Assembly (NCBI GenBank): GCA_965213685.1
Contig: CBDBZY010000016.1
Location: 96,001 to 160,000 of the forward strand
DNA from: a bacterium
Lineage (GTDB): Bacteria > UBA8248
Length of the DNA: 64,000 nucleotides
Reading direction: 5' to 3'
The notes below the pieces were generated by a model. It was not told the origin of the DNA, did no database searches, and saw nothing but the letters and a program-made list of their open reading frames with translations. The position numbers and the translations under genes were made by a program. Below, one piece after another: positions 36,300 through 64,000 of the stretch. Every line of letters starts with the position of its first letter. Position 1 is the stretch's first letter.

Positions 36300-36400
36300 A
36301 GCGGTGGATGGCCGAGTGGTATACGCGAGTGGGCTCGTAAGCCGCTAGGTCCCGGTTCGAATCCAACCAAGACTTCTTTCTTTTCTTTTTTTTTCCGCCA
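36300..36400 (+). other. Degenerate tRNA-derived (Thr-CGT-like) sequence with pol III A/B boxes and T-run; a second B-box element at ~36460-36545
   Basis: TGGCCGAGTGG (A box), CTCGTAA loop, GGTTCGAATCC (B box); no acceptor stem. Confidence 0.45.
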
Positions 36401-36779
36401 GAATAACTGGTTGACGGGTATATATACAAGAACTTTTACATTACTTTCCGACCAGGGCCTGGTAGCCAAGTCGATTGGCTAGCAGTAGTCCCAAGTGACT
36501 TATCTCAGCGTGGGAACTAGACGGCATAGGTTCGAACCCCGGAGGGTTGGCGGACTGAAACCGGCTAGAGGATCAGAGCAATACGGGCTGGCAGCTCGGT
36601 ATGGTCTGGGGGCCGCTCTGACTCCTCCCCTTAACCCCACCAGAGAGTTGCGGAGGATCGCGGTTAGGGGTGTCAGCCGCCAGCTGCAAGGAGGAGGGGT
36701 GCTCTAGCTCTGCCACTCCCTGCTCACGCATAACATAGTGGTAACCTAATCACCAAGACCTCACCTCGTAGGCCGTCCC

Positions 36780-37235
36780 TTTTGTTTTCTTTTTTCCGTT
36801 TTTCTCTGTTCTTTTTCTTGTTTTCTTTTTTTCTTCTTTTCTTTTTCTTCCTTTTCTTTTTCTTTTTCTTTTTCTTTTTTTTCTTTTCCTTTACTCTTTC
36901 TTTTCTTTTTTCTTTCTTTTTTTCTTTTTCTTTTCTTTTCCTTTGCTCTTTCTTTTGCCTTTCTTTTTTCTACTGTTTTCTCACTTTTTCTCTTTCTTCT
37001 TTTCCTCTTTTTTCTTTTTCTTGTTTTCCTTTTTTCTTTTCTTTTTCTTCCTTTTCTTTTTCTTTTTCTTCTTCTTTTTGTTTTCTTTTTTCTTTTCTCG
37101 TTTTTCTTTTTCTTTTTCTTTGCTCTTTCTTTTTCTTTTGCCTTTCTTTTTTTATTTTTCCTCTTCTTTTTTCTACTGCTTTCTCTCACTTTTTCTCTTT
37201 CTTCTTTTCCTCTTTTCCTTTTTTCTGTTGTTTGT
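36780..37235. repeat. T/C-rich low-complexity tract with internal duplications
   Basis: (TTTTC)n-like; CTTTGCTCTTTC...TTTTGCCTTTCTTTTTT and TCTACTG...TCTCACTTTTTCTCTTTC occur twice. Confidence 0.9.
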
Positions 37236-37693
37236 ATCTTTTATCTGTACGTCTTTTATCATTTCATCATCCGTGAATTTAGCCCTTTCCATCTGGAGGG
37301 TGCCCAAGGGTTAAATTGACCCTAAGGGTGAAGTTTCTCGTCGCGTTCAGCACGAACCATCTGCCACAAAAATAACTAATTTGTATAGGTGTCATGGTTA
37401 AAGAAGCGCTTGCACTGGAGCGGGCAGGAAGTTAGCTGATGCGATCAGCCATGCCTTCTGTACACGATTCGACTGAACTTGCACTCGTTTCTCCCCGCTC
37501 ATCGCCGTAGAGAGCTTATAAAAAAATTCGCCAAAAAAGCCAACCAACTCTATGGGACGTTTGTATAGAGAAAAAATAACTATATGATTGTGGCACTAAT
37601 CACCCCCATGCATAACCCCACCGATACTAGCCCGTCCCATCTTCCATTCGGTACGGGTTTTACGTTTACGTCACCGATCATCTCACGTGATTT

Positions 37694-37707
37694 GTTGCCA
37701 TGGCAAT
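37694..37707. promoter_or_regulatory. RFX X-box (adjacent E-box TCACGTGA at 37683) upstream of the STPG1-like gene
   Basis: GTTGCCATGGCAAT ~55 bp before ATG 37763; X-boxes are an established signature of ciliary gene promoters. Confidence 0.7.
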
Positions 37708-37762
37708 ACGTTCACATGTTTAACAGTGGTGTTTGAGGACCGCATGCACTTGTGCGCACAGA

Positions 37763-42034
<4,272 letters not shown>

Positions 42035-42977
42035 CATTATCTCCGTATATTGTAGTATACTAAGGATATTATTTATTCATGGTCCAATGACATAGTTCGA
42101 ATTCTGTTTCGTCACCCAAGGTTTCTGTATTTATAAACCGGACGGGGTGGCGTTGCCAAAGCAGAAGATGGCAGTAGTCTGGAATGGAAAGTAGCGATTC
42201 CAAGTACTCACTGCGATGATATTGTTACTTGTAAGAGAACTTTCTTCTAGAGCGGTTCGAGATTATCTCTCCTCCCACTTTTCGCGTAACGCTAGTGAAT
42301 TCGCTCAGTGGCGCGGCCGCCTCCGTGTCTCTCCGGTATCCCTCCTTCTCTTCCTCCTGAGCTGTTATATCGTGTGTAGCCGTCTCGGCCCGGTCGTGAG
42401 CAGAGCGGGGCACCTGGCGATAGAAGCCTTCGAGGTGGAAAGGAGAATATTGGAAGAGTTCGACCAGGAAGGGTTGAGACTATTTCGTGAGGTGTTTGGA
42501 AAGTTTAGGACTGTTACCAGAGCGCCCTATCCCATCGTTCTCTTTGGAAGGTGAGGGTAGGGGGGCGGGAGGGAGTGAGGGAGGGGACAGTTTGTGAATA
42601 GACGTATCCGCTATGATTACTGTACATGTAGACTGCATTGGTTATGCGTATGTGTTAGCTGTGTTTTGCGCTTGCGGATGACGATGTGGAGGCAATGGTT
42701 TAGCTAATCAACGTCTGTCTACACACATGTACCTGTGACGGCAATAGCTGATAGCGCACTGTACATACACATAATTATATATTTTTCTAAGCCTTTGAGG
42801 CTGTTGCAAATTGTTGGTGTTTGTTCGTTTCTTTCTTCCTTCTTTTCCTTCCTCCTTTCTTCTAATGTAGTGTACTATATAATATCATTGTTAATGTACT
42901 TAAGAATGAGTGGGCACAGTATTATTGTATGTATCAGTACTCTCACCACTGATCATATGCTCATGTACACACATGCA

Positions 42978-43019
<42 letters not shown>

Positions 43020-43026
43020 TCATCGG

Positions 43027-46028
<3,002 letters not shown>

Positions 46029-46588
46029 GACAGGAGGAGGAGGGTGGAGGGTGGAGGGTGAGGGGTGGGGAGGTGATCTTTTGACTAGGTTCCCCTTTTG
46101 ATTTTGAGTTTATGGATACGATTTGAGCTTTATAGCGATGGAACATACCTATAATTATCATAGCCAGTATAGCTTACTATGGGTGCAGTGTATAATTGGG
46201 GTTGTGGAGTCACACTACACAACAATGTATAACCTGTACATGTATAATTAATTTTAAAAAAACAAATATTTAATGTATATCCCCACATGAAGAGCTGTTC
46301 ACTGTATACAGCTGGGGGACAATAATTGAGCAACCAATAGCAGGGGCAAGGGGAGGGACTGGAGCATCACTGGAGGCCTAGTTTCTCTGTGAATGGATGG
46401 GCATGCAGCAATGGGAAGCAGTTGCAGGACCACTCATATCCACTGTTGAACTGCATCAGTGCATGTTTATACAGCCACAGTCTGTGACCATGTGACAATA
46501 TTATACATACACATACTGTGAGATTAGGTGCTGCTGAGTGGCAGTACAGGAACAGAACACACTAGCTAGCTACACTGGGGGACAAGAG

Positions 46589-46894
46589 TCAGCTTTGAGG
46601 GGGCCATTTCCCCTCAGCTATTAGTTTAGCTTTCTGTGCTCTTATGGCTTCTTGTCTCTTTACCTGAGAGAGAGAGAGAGAGAGAGAACCTCATGTCTTT
46701 TACCATCAACTAAGCCACCTCCCTCCCTCCTCACATACCAATTTGGAATGGTGCAGACACTCCAAGTAGTCCTCTCTCTCGTTGTGACACACTTTGAGGG
46801 ATACTGTGTCATGTTTTGCCAGGCAAGCCATGAAGTCTCGCCACAGAGTGTAGCACCTGCCACGCCCACCCTTCACTCCATGTCCTGATACCAT
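46589..46894 (-). CDS. NDUFS5: NADH dehydrogenase iron-sulfur protein 5 (twin-Cys), 76 aa; exons 46739-46894 and 46589-46663
   Basis: MVSGHGVKGGRGRCYTLWRDFMAC...CHNEREDYLECLHHSKL|VKRQEAIRAQKAKLIAEGKWPPQS*; probable 5'UTR donor at ~47143-47148. Confidence 0.85.
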
Positions 46895-47169
46895 TCTGTG
46901 GAAAGGCCACACACTGAACTCAGTAGGGAGAGGGAATGGCTTAGGAACAGAGAAGTCACTGGTGTCTTCCCCACTCCAAAATGATGCGCACCGCGTTAGG
47001 GGTGGATAATCGGTGCTCGTTAATTAGAAACAACCTTCGCATTCAGTGATAGATCCACGTACACCCGAAAGCTTTACGGCTTAACTGATTGGCAGTGCAA
47101 TGCAATTCGCAGCACATAATGTTCGTAGAAAGGGACAAAGAACTCACTTGTTTTTACTGTCGAAGCAGT

Positions 47170-47240
47170 TGTATCACGTGACAAAGGGTAAAGATCACGT
47201 GATTGCTACCGGCTGTGTTAAATGCGCATGCGCATAAAGG
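47170..47240. promoter_or_regulatory. Compact bidirectional NDUFS5/RPS7 promoter
   Basis: Two TCACGTGA E-boxes and TGCGCATGCGCA (NRF1-type) between divergent first exons about 100 bp apart; pyrimidine-rich putative RPS7 start CTCCCTCT. Confidence 0.6.
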
Positions 47241-47394
47241 ACACTCCCTCTAGACACTCACGTTGTCGCTGAAGAAATCAAGGTAAGGATATAGCCAGCG
47301 TATCTGCCCCATATATCACAATCTTAACAGTCCATCCACATCAGTCATTGCTGTGGGCTGGAGTATAGACGTCTCTTTCGTTGTGCCCTTGCAG

Positions 47395-49129
<1,735 letters not shown>

Positions 49130-49582
49130 CGTCTTAGGCAGTGCTCTCAAGTCTGTCTATGAATCTTGTGAAAATGTGTATGTTTGCACCTGCAACGTAA
49201 ATTTTATTATGAAGAGAAGTACCCGCTTCACGCTCTGTCGTCAGTTTACCGTCTACTGATTTCACGAGCAAACCTCCCCGCAGCCTGCGCACGCATAGGC
49301 TCCCGACGTACGCGATGGCGATGTCCCTGCGCATGCGTACTTGCGTAAGAGTGCGCGTATCGCGCCACCCGCGGAATACAAAACAGCTGCATCAGCCCAC
49401 AGGACAGTATCGAGAAGAGACTAAGTATGGCATAACGTAATGGACCATGGTAGATACGTATTCCTACTCGTACAATTAAAAGCAGAAAATTATGCTGCAC
49501 ATGGTGAATAATAGCTAGACTCACTGTATCATCTGCTACCATCCCCCTCCATCTCAACTTGCCCCTCTCCCTCTCCTCAGCA

Positions 49583-52950
<3,368 letters not shown>

Positions 52951-53206
52951 GGGGTGAGGGATGAAGGGTGAGGCGGATATAAGAAAAGACGTTAGATACA
53001 TCCCTTCCACATAGAGATGGCTGCCTTAATTGTCACACTACCATATGCTATTCATTATGTCGTAATTAGGTCATTGCATGTACAGGAATACAATACAAAC
53101 ACGTTAGCAGTACATGCTCAGCAGTGTTCACCCAGCTCACCTCAATCTCATGTAAATATTCAACAAGTTCATAATAGAAGAATTGAGCATAAAATGAGTA
53201 TAATAT

Positions 53207-53239
<33 letters not shown>

Positions 53240-53367
53240 ATGTGATGATACATTCACTAGGTGTAGCTCATACAGCATGGTAAGGTATAACATTGCTTGT
53301 GATACATACTTAACGTGACTTGACATTGTGTAAAAAATTAAGTTTAGACAGCATATCCATAGCTCGA

Positions 53368-57451
<4,084 letters not shown>

Positions 57452-58003
57452 GCTTGCTACTGTTAAAACCGACTAAGGCTGAACTGAAGCGGAGCTCTAT
57501 ATGTTGGATTTTAATGGAAGTTCCGCATGCCATTTTCTCAATGACATGTTAATTGCTGTAGTCCTGTCACGGTGATTACATATAAAAACTGATTCAAAGG
57601 CACATTGAGTTGAACACGTACATTACCAGCTACAGTGTGGCATACATAAATTATATGGCACACATTGTACACATCTAGCTCAAAAACGTATCGACATCTT
57701 CTGAACCTGTATTTGAACTGATCAAATTCAAATTCAAAATTCAAATTCAAATTGAATCATGAGGGGGTCTCCAGACAGGTATATATGTAGAGGCCGGAGG
57801 TCGCTCTAGCATACTGTAGAGTGTGTATGTGTTATTATGCATTTAATATTTCCTATACTGACACTGCAAGGATGGCTATGCAGCCTCGTCCCCTAGCGAA
57901 GTCGATACGCGGACTTTTGCAAGGGGTCAAAGGTCGCGCATCCGTAGTCGCTTGCAGCGTAGCTAGCTGTGCGCACATGTACATGTCCATCAGTGATCCA
58001 CTC

Positions 58004-58171
<168 letters not shown>

Positions 58172-58175
<4 letters not shown>

Positions 58176-58430
58176 CCATACCTGTCCTGATACTGAGCTC
58201 CATACACTGATTCTTGACCCCTAACCTCCCACTGGAGGCTGGAGGTTGGAATGCTTCAGTGTGTACAACTGTCACTGACTTCTAAGGCCATTGTGGTCTA
58301 AAGGAAGCACCTTTACTGAAGCCATCATGTGTCTCGAGGTTGGCACCATAGGCTTGGTTGAGTGTGGTGTCCAGTGAGTCATACGAGGCCCCAAGGTTAG
58401 TTCACAGGAGGCTCCCTGTATCTAGCTAGT
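58172..58430 (-). pseudogene. Decayed copy of the gene C cytoplasmic-tail exon
   Basis: Translates GASYDSLDTTLNQAYGANLE...SFRPQWP* ...GVKN[frameshift]VYGAQYQDRYGY, compared with GALYDSVGTTLNQAYGANLE...SYRPQLP...GVKNPVYGA...DKYGY in gene C. Confidence 0.75.
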
Positions 58431-58665
58431 GGAACACTTGGCGAAGTTGAACTGACCATTTTGCTTATTGTACATCGAGTTATTCTGCATTTCACATACA
58501 TTTCATTATGGAGGAACAGACCATAAAAGCACACAGCCACACATGCAGTCTGATGATACAATAGCCAGCTGGGACACACTGCCTGGCGAGGTATAAAAAA
58601 TATCAAAAATGCTTGCAACACAAACTAGACACTAGATGTGAATAAATGTATTAACAACTGAATGC

Positions 58666-58702
<37 letters not shown>

Positions 58703-58742
58703 CTCAATGTATAGCCACTCCAGTACCTCCAAACATCCACTC

Positions 58743-61700
58743 CTACTCCTTTCCAGGCTCCACTTGCACGTAGCCATACTTGTCAGTGCTGGTGCGATTG
58801 CTCGACACCCTGGGAGCTCCGTACACAGGGTTCTTCACCCCTCCAGCTGGACTGGTGGGTGTGGCCACGGCAGGCCTCTTGGAGATGCTGTTTCGCGGGG
58901 GAGGAAGCTGAGGTCTGTAAGATGCATCCTTGCTCAGTAACTCAAGGTTGGCACCATAGGCCTGGTTGAGTGTGGTGCCCACTGAGTCGTACAGTGCACC
59001 GGATGAATGCTCTGAAGGTTGTTTGTATCTGTCATTGGCTAGGAGCTCAGCAGAGTTGTCATAGTGTTCAGCATGCTCTGGGTTCTCCGTCACTTCAGCT
59101 TCTTGCTTTGTGTGACTCACATCCTTTCTTTGGCTGCATGAAGGAAGGGAGGGAGGGAGGGAGGGGGGGGGGGGATAGAGGGAGGGAGAAAAGGAAGGAA
59201 AGTTGAAAGGAGGAGAGAATGAACAATACAGGGAGTAAGGAGAGGTTGGTGGTCTCATCATATCAGCCATTGCTGTTCCTCACCATTTCTTGATCATGTA
59301 GCAGAGTGCTAGCAGGACAAGCATGGCCGCCATCCCCAGCACAAAGCTCCCCACAGCCACCCCACCCAGCACCGCCACAGACATCCCACTGCTCATCTCC
59401 TCCGCCATGCTGGCTGGAGAGCTAGTCTTGGGCGTCTCCTCACTTGGCTGTGTAGGGGCCTCACACTCCATGTCCTCCACTGTGGCTATGGCTGGCTCAC
59501 AGTTTGTGTCGATGGTCTTGTACTCGCTCACCCTAATTGAAGCCCCCCCTCTGACCCAGTCCTCCAGGTGGGTCAGCAGTGTGTCCACAGGCACAGTGGG
59601 TGGGGCATGCAGCCGACCACGGAAGGTGACGTATTGCTCAGCATCAGGGAAACAGTAGAACTCTGCCTCCTGTACTTGAGGGAGACAGTTGCACTGGATT
59701 TGGAGGAGCCAGGTCACCTCATCACCAATGTCAGAGAGCTTAGCGGGGCGACCCTTGGTCTGTGGGGGAGGGAGAGAGGAGAGGGGGGGGAGGAGGAGGG
59801 GTGAAGGGAGGGAGAGGGAAGAGAGACGAAAGAGTGAAGGAGAATGAGAGGAGAACAGCGAGGAAGGAAGGGGAGAGGGAAGAGAAAGGGGTAGAGAATA
59901 GAGGATTGAAATTGAAGGGTGAGAATAGAGACAGAGAGAGAGAGACAGTCCTCATGTGGATCAGCTTACTATCCACTCTGAGCAGTTCCCAACTCCACCG
60001 ACAAGCAACTGGAACAGCACATCTGCCATGGAGGATAGGAGAACAGTAGACACAGGATCACAGCATATGGTCTATTAACACTGCATGTTGCTCCACACAG
60101 TGAGTATGTGGTAAAACTAGCTACACAGTATTGCCATGCATGATTGTGGGTGGAGCTGGGGTCGAATGTGGGTGGAGCTATGTCACATTCATGATGCTAG
60201 ACCTATTCCCCACTTAACCATAACAGGTCGTCCATGATGGATGCATGCCCATCCATCCTCAACAGACTGTCCCCCTGGGAGTCACCCTACACCCATCACA
60301 CAGTCAATGCTCATGTATATGAGGGTAATTGCCACAGGTCAGTGAACAGCACACTTGAGAGTGTGTTGTGACATACGCCATACCACCCTGAATACCCCCC
60401 TGAGCAATGCCAGCAGTACTAGCACTCCTGGACCTCCAGTACCAGTAAATTAACAGTCCTTCACTTTCAGTACTAGCTGTATATTTCTATACATGTGCAA
60501 AATGTTTTTCTTCGTTATCATAATTATGCTTGTTGTATATCTTTCACTATGACAAAAATATTAACACACACTACACAGGACAGAGTTTCTGACTCACAGT
60601 CAATGGCTGCAGTGATGGTGGCACTATCTCCTGGACCAAACACACTGTGGGCCTCCACAGAGAAGGTGTACACGTCTCCCTTTGCAGCTGTTATGGTCAC
60701 GAAAGGACTCATGGTGTCCACCGTGATGATGTTGCTGCTGGGCAAGTCCACCTGCTGGTAGGTGACCTTGTACTGCAGGACAGCGTCAGTGGGGGCAGTG
60801 GGAGGAGACCAGGAGATGGTGATGCTGTCAGTGGTTACTGTGGAAACCAGCAACTGTACTGGACCCAGAGCTGTGTGTGTGTTGTGTGTGTCATGTTGAG
60901 TGTTAAAGGGGGGGGGGGGGGGGAGCAGAGAGAGAGAGAGAGAGAGGAAACAAGGAAACAGGTATATCCCCATCCACAGAGCCTAATGCTCATACAAGTA
61001 CAGCCATCAGCCACTTATGAGGAAACAAGAGAGGTGGCAATACCTACAGCCATGCCGTCGTGTCGGTGACCCATAGCACTGTACACACACTGCAGGTCAC
61101 ACTGGGTGGGGGATGGACTGTACACTCCAGTGCTGATGTGGCATGTGAGCCACACCACAGGCCATGGTTTATTAGCTATGCAATTCTGTAATGAGCATTT
61201 GCTGATGGAGATATAACATCTCTTTCCCTCCCACTTTCATTTCCTTCATGTTTCCTTTACACACACACACACATACACACACACACACACACACTCACCC
61301 GTCATAGCAAAAACAGGATCCCCAAACAGGCACGTCTGGTTTCTGCTATCAACCAGAGCCATCTGGACTGAGTAGTTAGTGAACTGATCCAGCCCCACCA
61401 AATCCGGTATCGCTGCACTGTCCTCCACGAACAGCCTCACCACATCTCCCCCTGCCACAGGGCTGTAGTGGACCCAGCCTGCTATGGTGCCACTGAAGTG
61501 CTCTGGGGGCTCCCAGGAGAGGGAGAGGGAGGTGGAGCTGAGAGCCAGGACACTGACCTCAGGGACAATACCTGTGGGAGAATGAGAACAGTAACGAGTC
61601 AGATCAGTGTGCAGTGGTTATTGACATTCTAGAATTGTGTATGTAACAGAGAAAAATATAGATATCTTCATAATTATGGTGTTCACACAATTCTGTGAGA

Positions 61701-64000
61701 AATGGTGGCATGACATGAGATATAGTCACTGATATATAGCCACAGAATGAAGAGAGAATTGAGTTACATTACTCAGAGTGAGCTTTTGACACTAGAATAA
61801 CTAATCTCTGTATTTTCCCTCGAAGAATTTGAATGTGTGTAGACATACGCTCACATAAAGACACACACAGTGGATGAGCATGCCACTCACACGGCTCAAT
61901 AAAGGCTGCCACAGACACGCCAGACACATGCACAGACTGTGCCTCCACTGCAATGGTGTAGTTGCGGCCATCAGGCACCAGGCCATGGACCAGCACTGAG
62001 GTACTGTATTCGGAGGACACAGTGCCCGTATAGCCACCTCCTGTGTAGTGGACTATGTAGCCAGTCACTGCGGCTCCTCCAGTTGGGCTGGCCCAACTGA
62101 CGTTGACTGTGGAGGAGGTGAGCTGCTCTATGGTGATGCCTGTGGGAGGGTCGGCAACTGGGGGAGGGAGGGAGGGAGGGAGAGATAGAGAGAGGGAGGG
62201 TTATAAAACTTAAGGGAAATCCAGTATTAGTACGTATATAGAAGGAGAGACGGAAGAGAAGCAAGGAAAGGATAGAGTAAATTATGTTCTTGGTGTTACT
62301 AGTTATGCTAAGTGTTCAATGAGCAAGGGCTATGTGAGAGTGTAGCCACACTTTCAGTATACAGGAATGGGAGACATATATCTACTATCTCTGTTCAATT
62401 AGTGCTCCCAAAGTATGAAAGACATCCATGAAGCTTAGAGTGGCTAGCTACATTAACCAAAAGCTTAATGAAAACAACATCATACAATAGGCATCACATT
62501 GTTGGAATTCTGTTTAAAGTGGTACGTATCACAACGGCTATAGCATAGTTTGCAGAACTGCTCTCCATAATTATTAAAATTGGTTTTATAATAAGTACAA
62601 TACCTGAGAGGGTGAGGTTGGCTGTTAGACTGGACACTCCATTCCATACCATGCAGTGGTACATGTCTCCATCAGTCCCTCCAGTCCTGTTGGCAGTGAT
62701 GGAGTAGTTGTCTCTCCCTCTCATGAGCTCCTCCAGCTCCAGAGGCCTCAGCTCCCCAAGGCCCTCCTCTGCTGGACCAGTGAAGGAGCTGTTCAGGACC
62801 GTCCCATTGGTTGACCTGCAGGTCACACTGTACTGCTGAGTCAGCGGAGATGTGAGCTGGAACAGGATCTCGAGGGCTGAGACTGAAAGGAGAGTCAATT
62901 TTCAGACACTGTTTATTCTAAGTATAGCCTAATTATGCAGATATAGCTGTACATAATAGATAGAAAGAAAGTAGCCCTAAGCCAGCTAGGGTAGGACTTA
63001 AAATTACAGAAAAGAGTTGGTGCTCTCAGCAGATTCACTAAACTAACAGAATAAAATATATATATTAATTTTGATTTCACCAGAGCTAGCTGGCTCAGGA
63101 GTAAGTATAGCTAGCGCTCATCATACAATCATGTCCCAACGACCCAACTCACTGTTATAGTACAGTCCCAAGGACACCACGTCAACGTCCACGCCTCTCT
63201 GCACCACACAGCTGTACACGCCCTCCACGGAGTCGCCTCGCTGAGGCGTGTCGCTGAGACTCCTCAGCCGCACCACCCCCTCCGCCTGTCCCCTGTTCCT
63301 CTTCCAGCCGAGGACGAGGTCAGTGCCGTCCACCACGTCCTCTTCCTCTGTGCCATTGTAGTACCAGTCCCCCAGCCCTGGCGTGTCGGTTATGTTGTGA
63401 CGACATATCAACGCCTGCCCGTCCTCGTCCTGCCCGTCTGGGGATGTTCCGATGTCCGTTATGAGTATTAGTCCGCTCCCGTCGGTGGGGATGCTGTCGT
63501 AACCTGGCAACAGGAGGTCCAGAGCACCTGAATGGATGGATGTAGTGTAGTGACAGAGGCGACGGAGGCTCTATGGCATTGGCAAAAACACTCGAGTGCC
63601 GCTATGATAAAATCGCGCGAAGCGCGCCCTCTAGATGGAGGGGCATGCCAAGTTCCTCTAGAAATGTTGGATTTCGTGACTCAGTGCTACCTGAGAACCC
63701 CCAGAGCCTTCCTCCTTACCAGAGGCAATTTTGGGGTAAAATGCGATTGCGAGTGTCTGTGCTACGACTTCGTGCATGCACGTAATATTAGTCACTAAAA
63801 CAAAACGTAGGCTGCTCAGATGTAGTGCACGAACCTTTCGGCGCAAAAGTTGGTCTAAACTGCAAACAGTGAAGCACATACATATAATTATATACGACTA
63901 TACGTTAGTCAGTTTATCTGTGGTTAGAGCCGCTGCATGCGTGGCTCATGCCAACATGATCACTTACCGCTAGACGGTCTAGCTCTGAAAAGCAATTGCA
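58743..64000 (-). CDS. Type I membrane receptor 'gene C' (5'-truncated by window): Ig-Ig-FN3x3-SEA-like-TM-Tyr-rich tail
   Basis: Exons ~63968->64000, 63152-63527, 62604-62884, 61891-62158, 61299-61572, 60597-60871, 59285-59760, 58743-59133; tandem paralog of gene B. Confidence 0.8.

Noticed and set aside
36761-37314. Lys/Arg-rich and Phe/Ser-rich ORFs
   Set aside because: Low-complexity T/C tract with no splice or domain support
42216-42554. 112-aa ORF as an N-terminal extension of the nested 43050 protein
   Set aside because: It does splice in frame (42550->43019), but its ATG is only ~180 bp past the STPG1 stop, probably upstream of the TSS, and it would mask the MG myristoylation motif; not fully excluded

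Overview
Eukaryotic, gene-dense animal DNA. It is most likely from a demosponge, inferred from sponge-type Ig/FN3/SEA-like proteins, a plant/fungal-type NDUFS5, short microsatellite-filled introns and abundant RFX boxes. Spliced genes reconstructed by eye: neurocalcin/hippocalcin-like NCS, PQ-loop SLC66A3-like, FTCD, USP14, a secreted Ig-Ig-FN3x5-SEA-like protein, elongin C, STPG1-like, two permuted papain-like (YiiX/YebB NlpC/P60) paralogs, NDUFS5, RPS7, a MARVEL-like 4-TM protein and two tandem Ig-Ig-FN3x3-SEA-like-TM receptors. Many MITEs, 34-55 bp palindromic insertions, tRNA-derived elements and simple repeats lie between and within them. Four observations stand out. (1) At 43019-46028 a single splice-donor choice appears to select between an intact NlpC/P60 enzyme and a myristoylated, His-less paralog nested in its intron. 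(2) The tandem receptor pair has near-identical RGDS-bearing ectodomains, but one has a charged TM and short tail while the other has a neutral TM and Tyr-rich tail, like paired immune receptors. (3) A tRNA-Lys-like element has an antisense leader whose mismatches are G-U pairs. (4) Many introns are bracketed by complementary (GGGA)n/(TCCC)n tracts. All gene models are manual and lack transcript or database confirmation.
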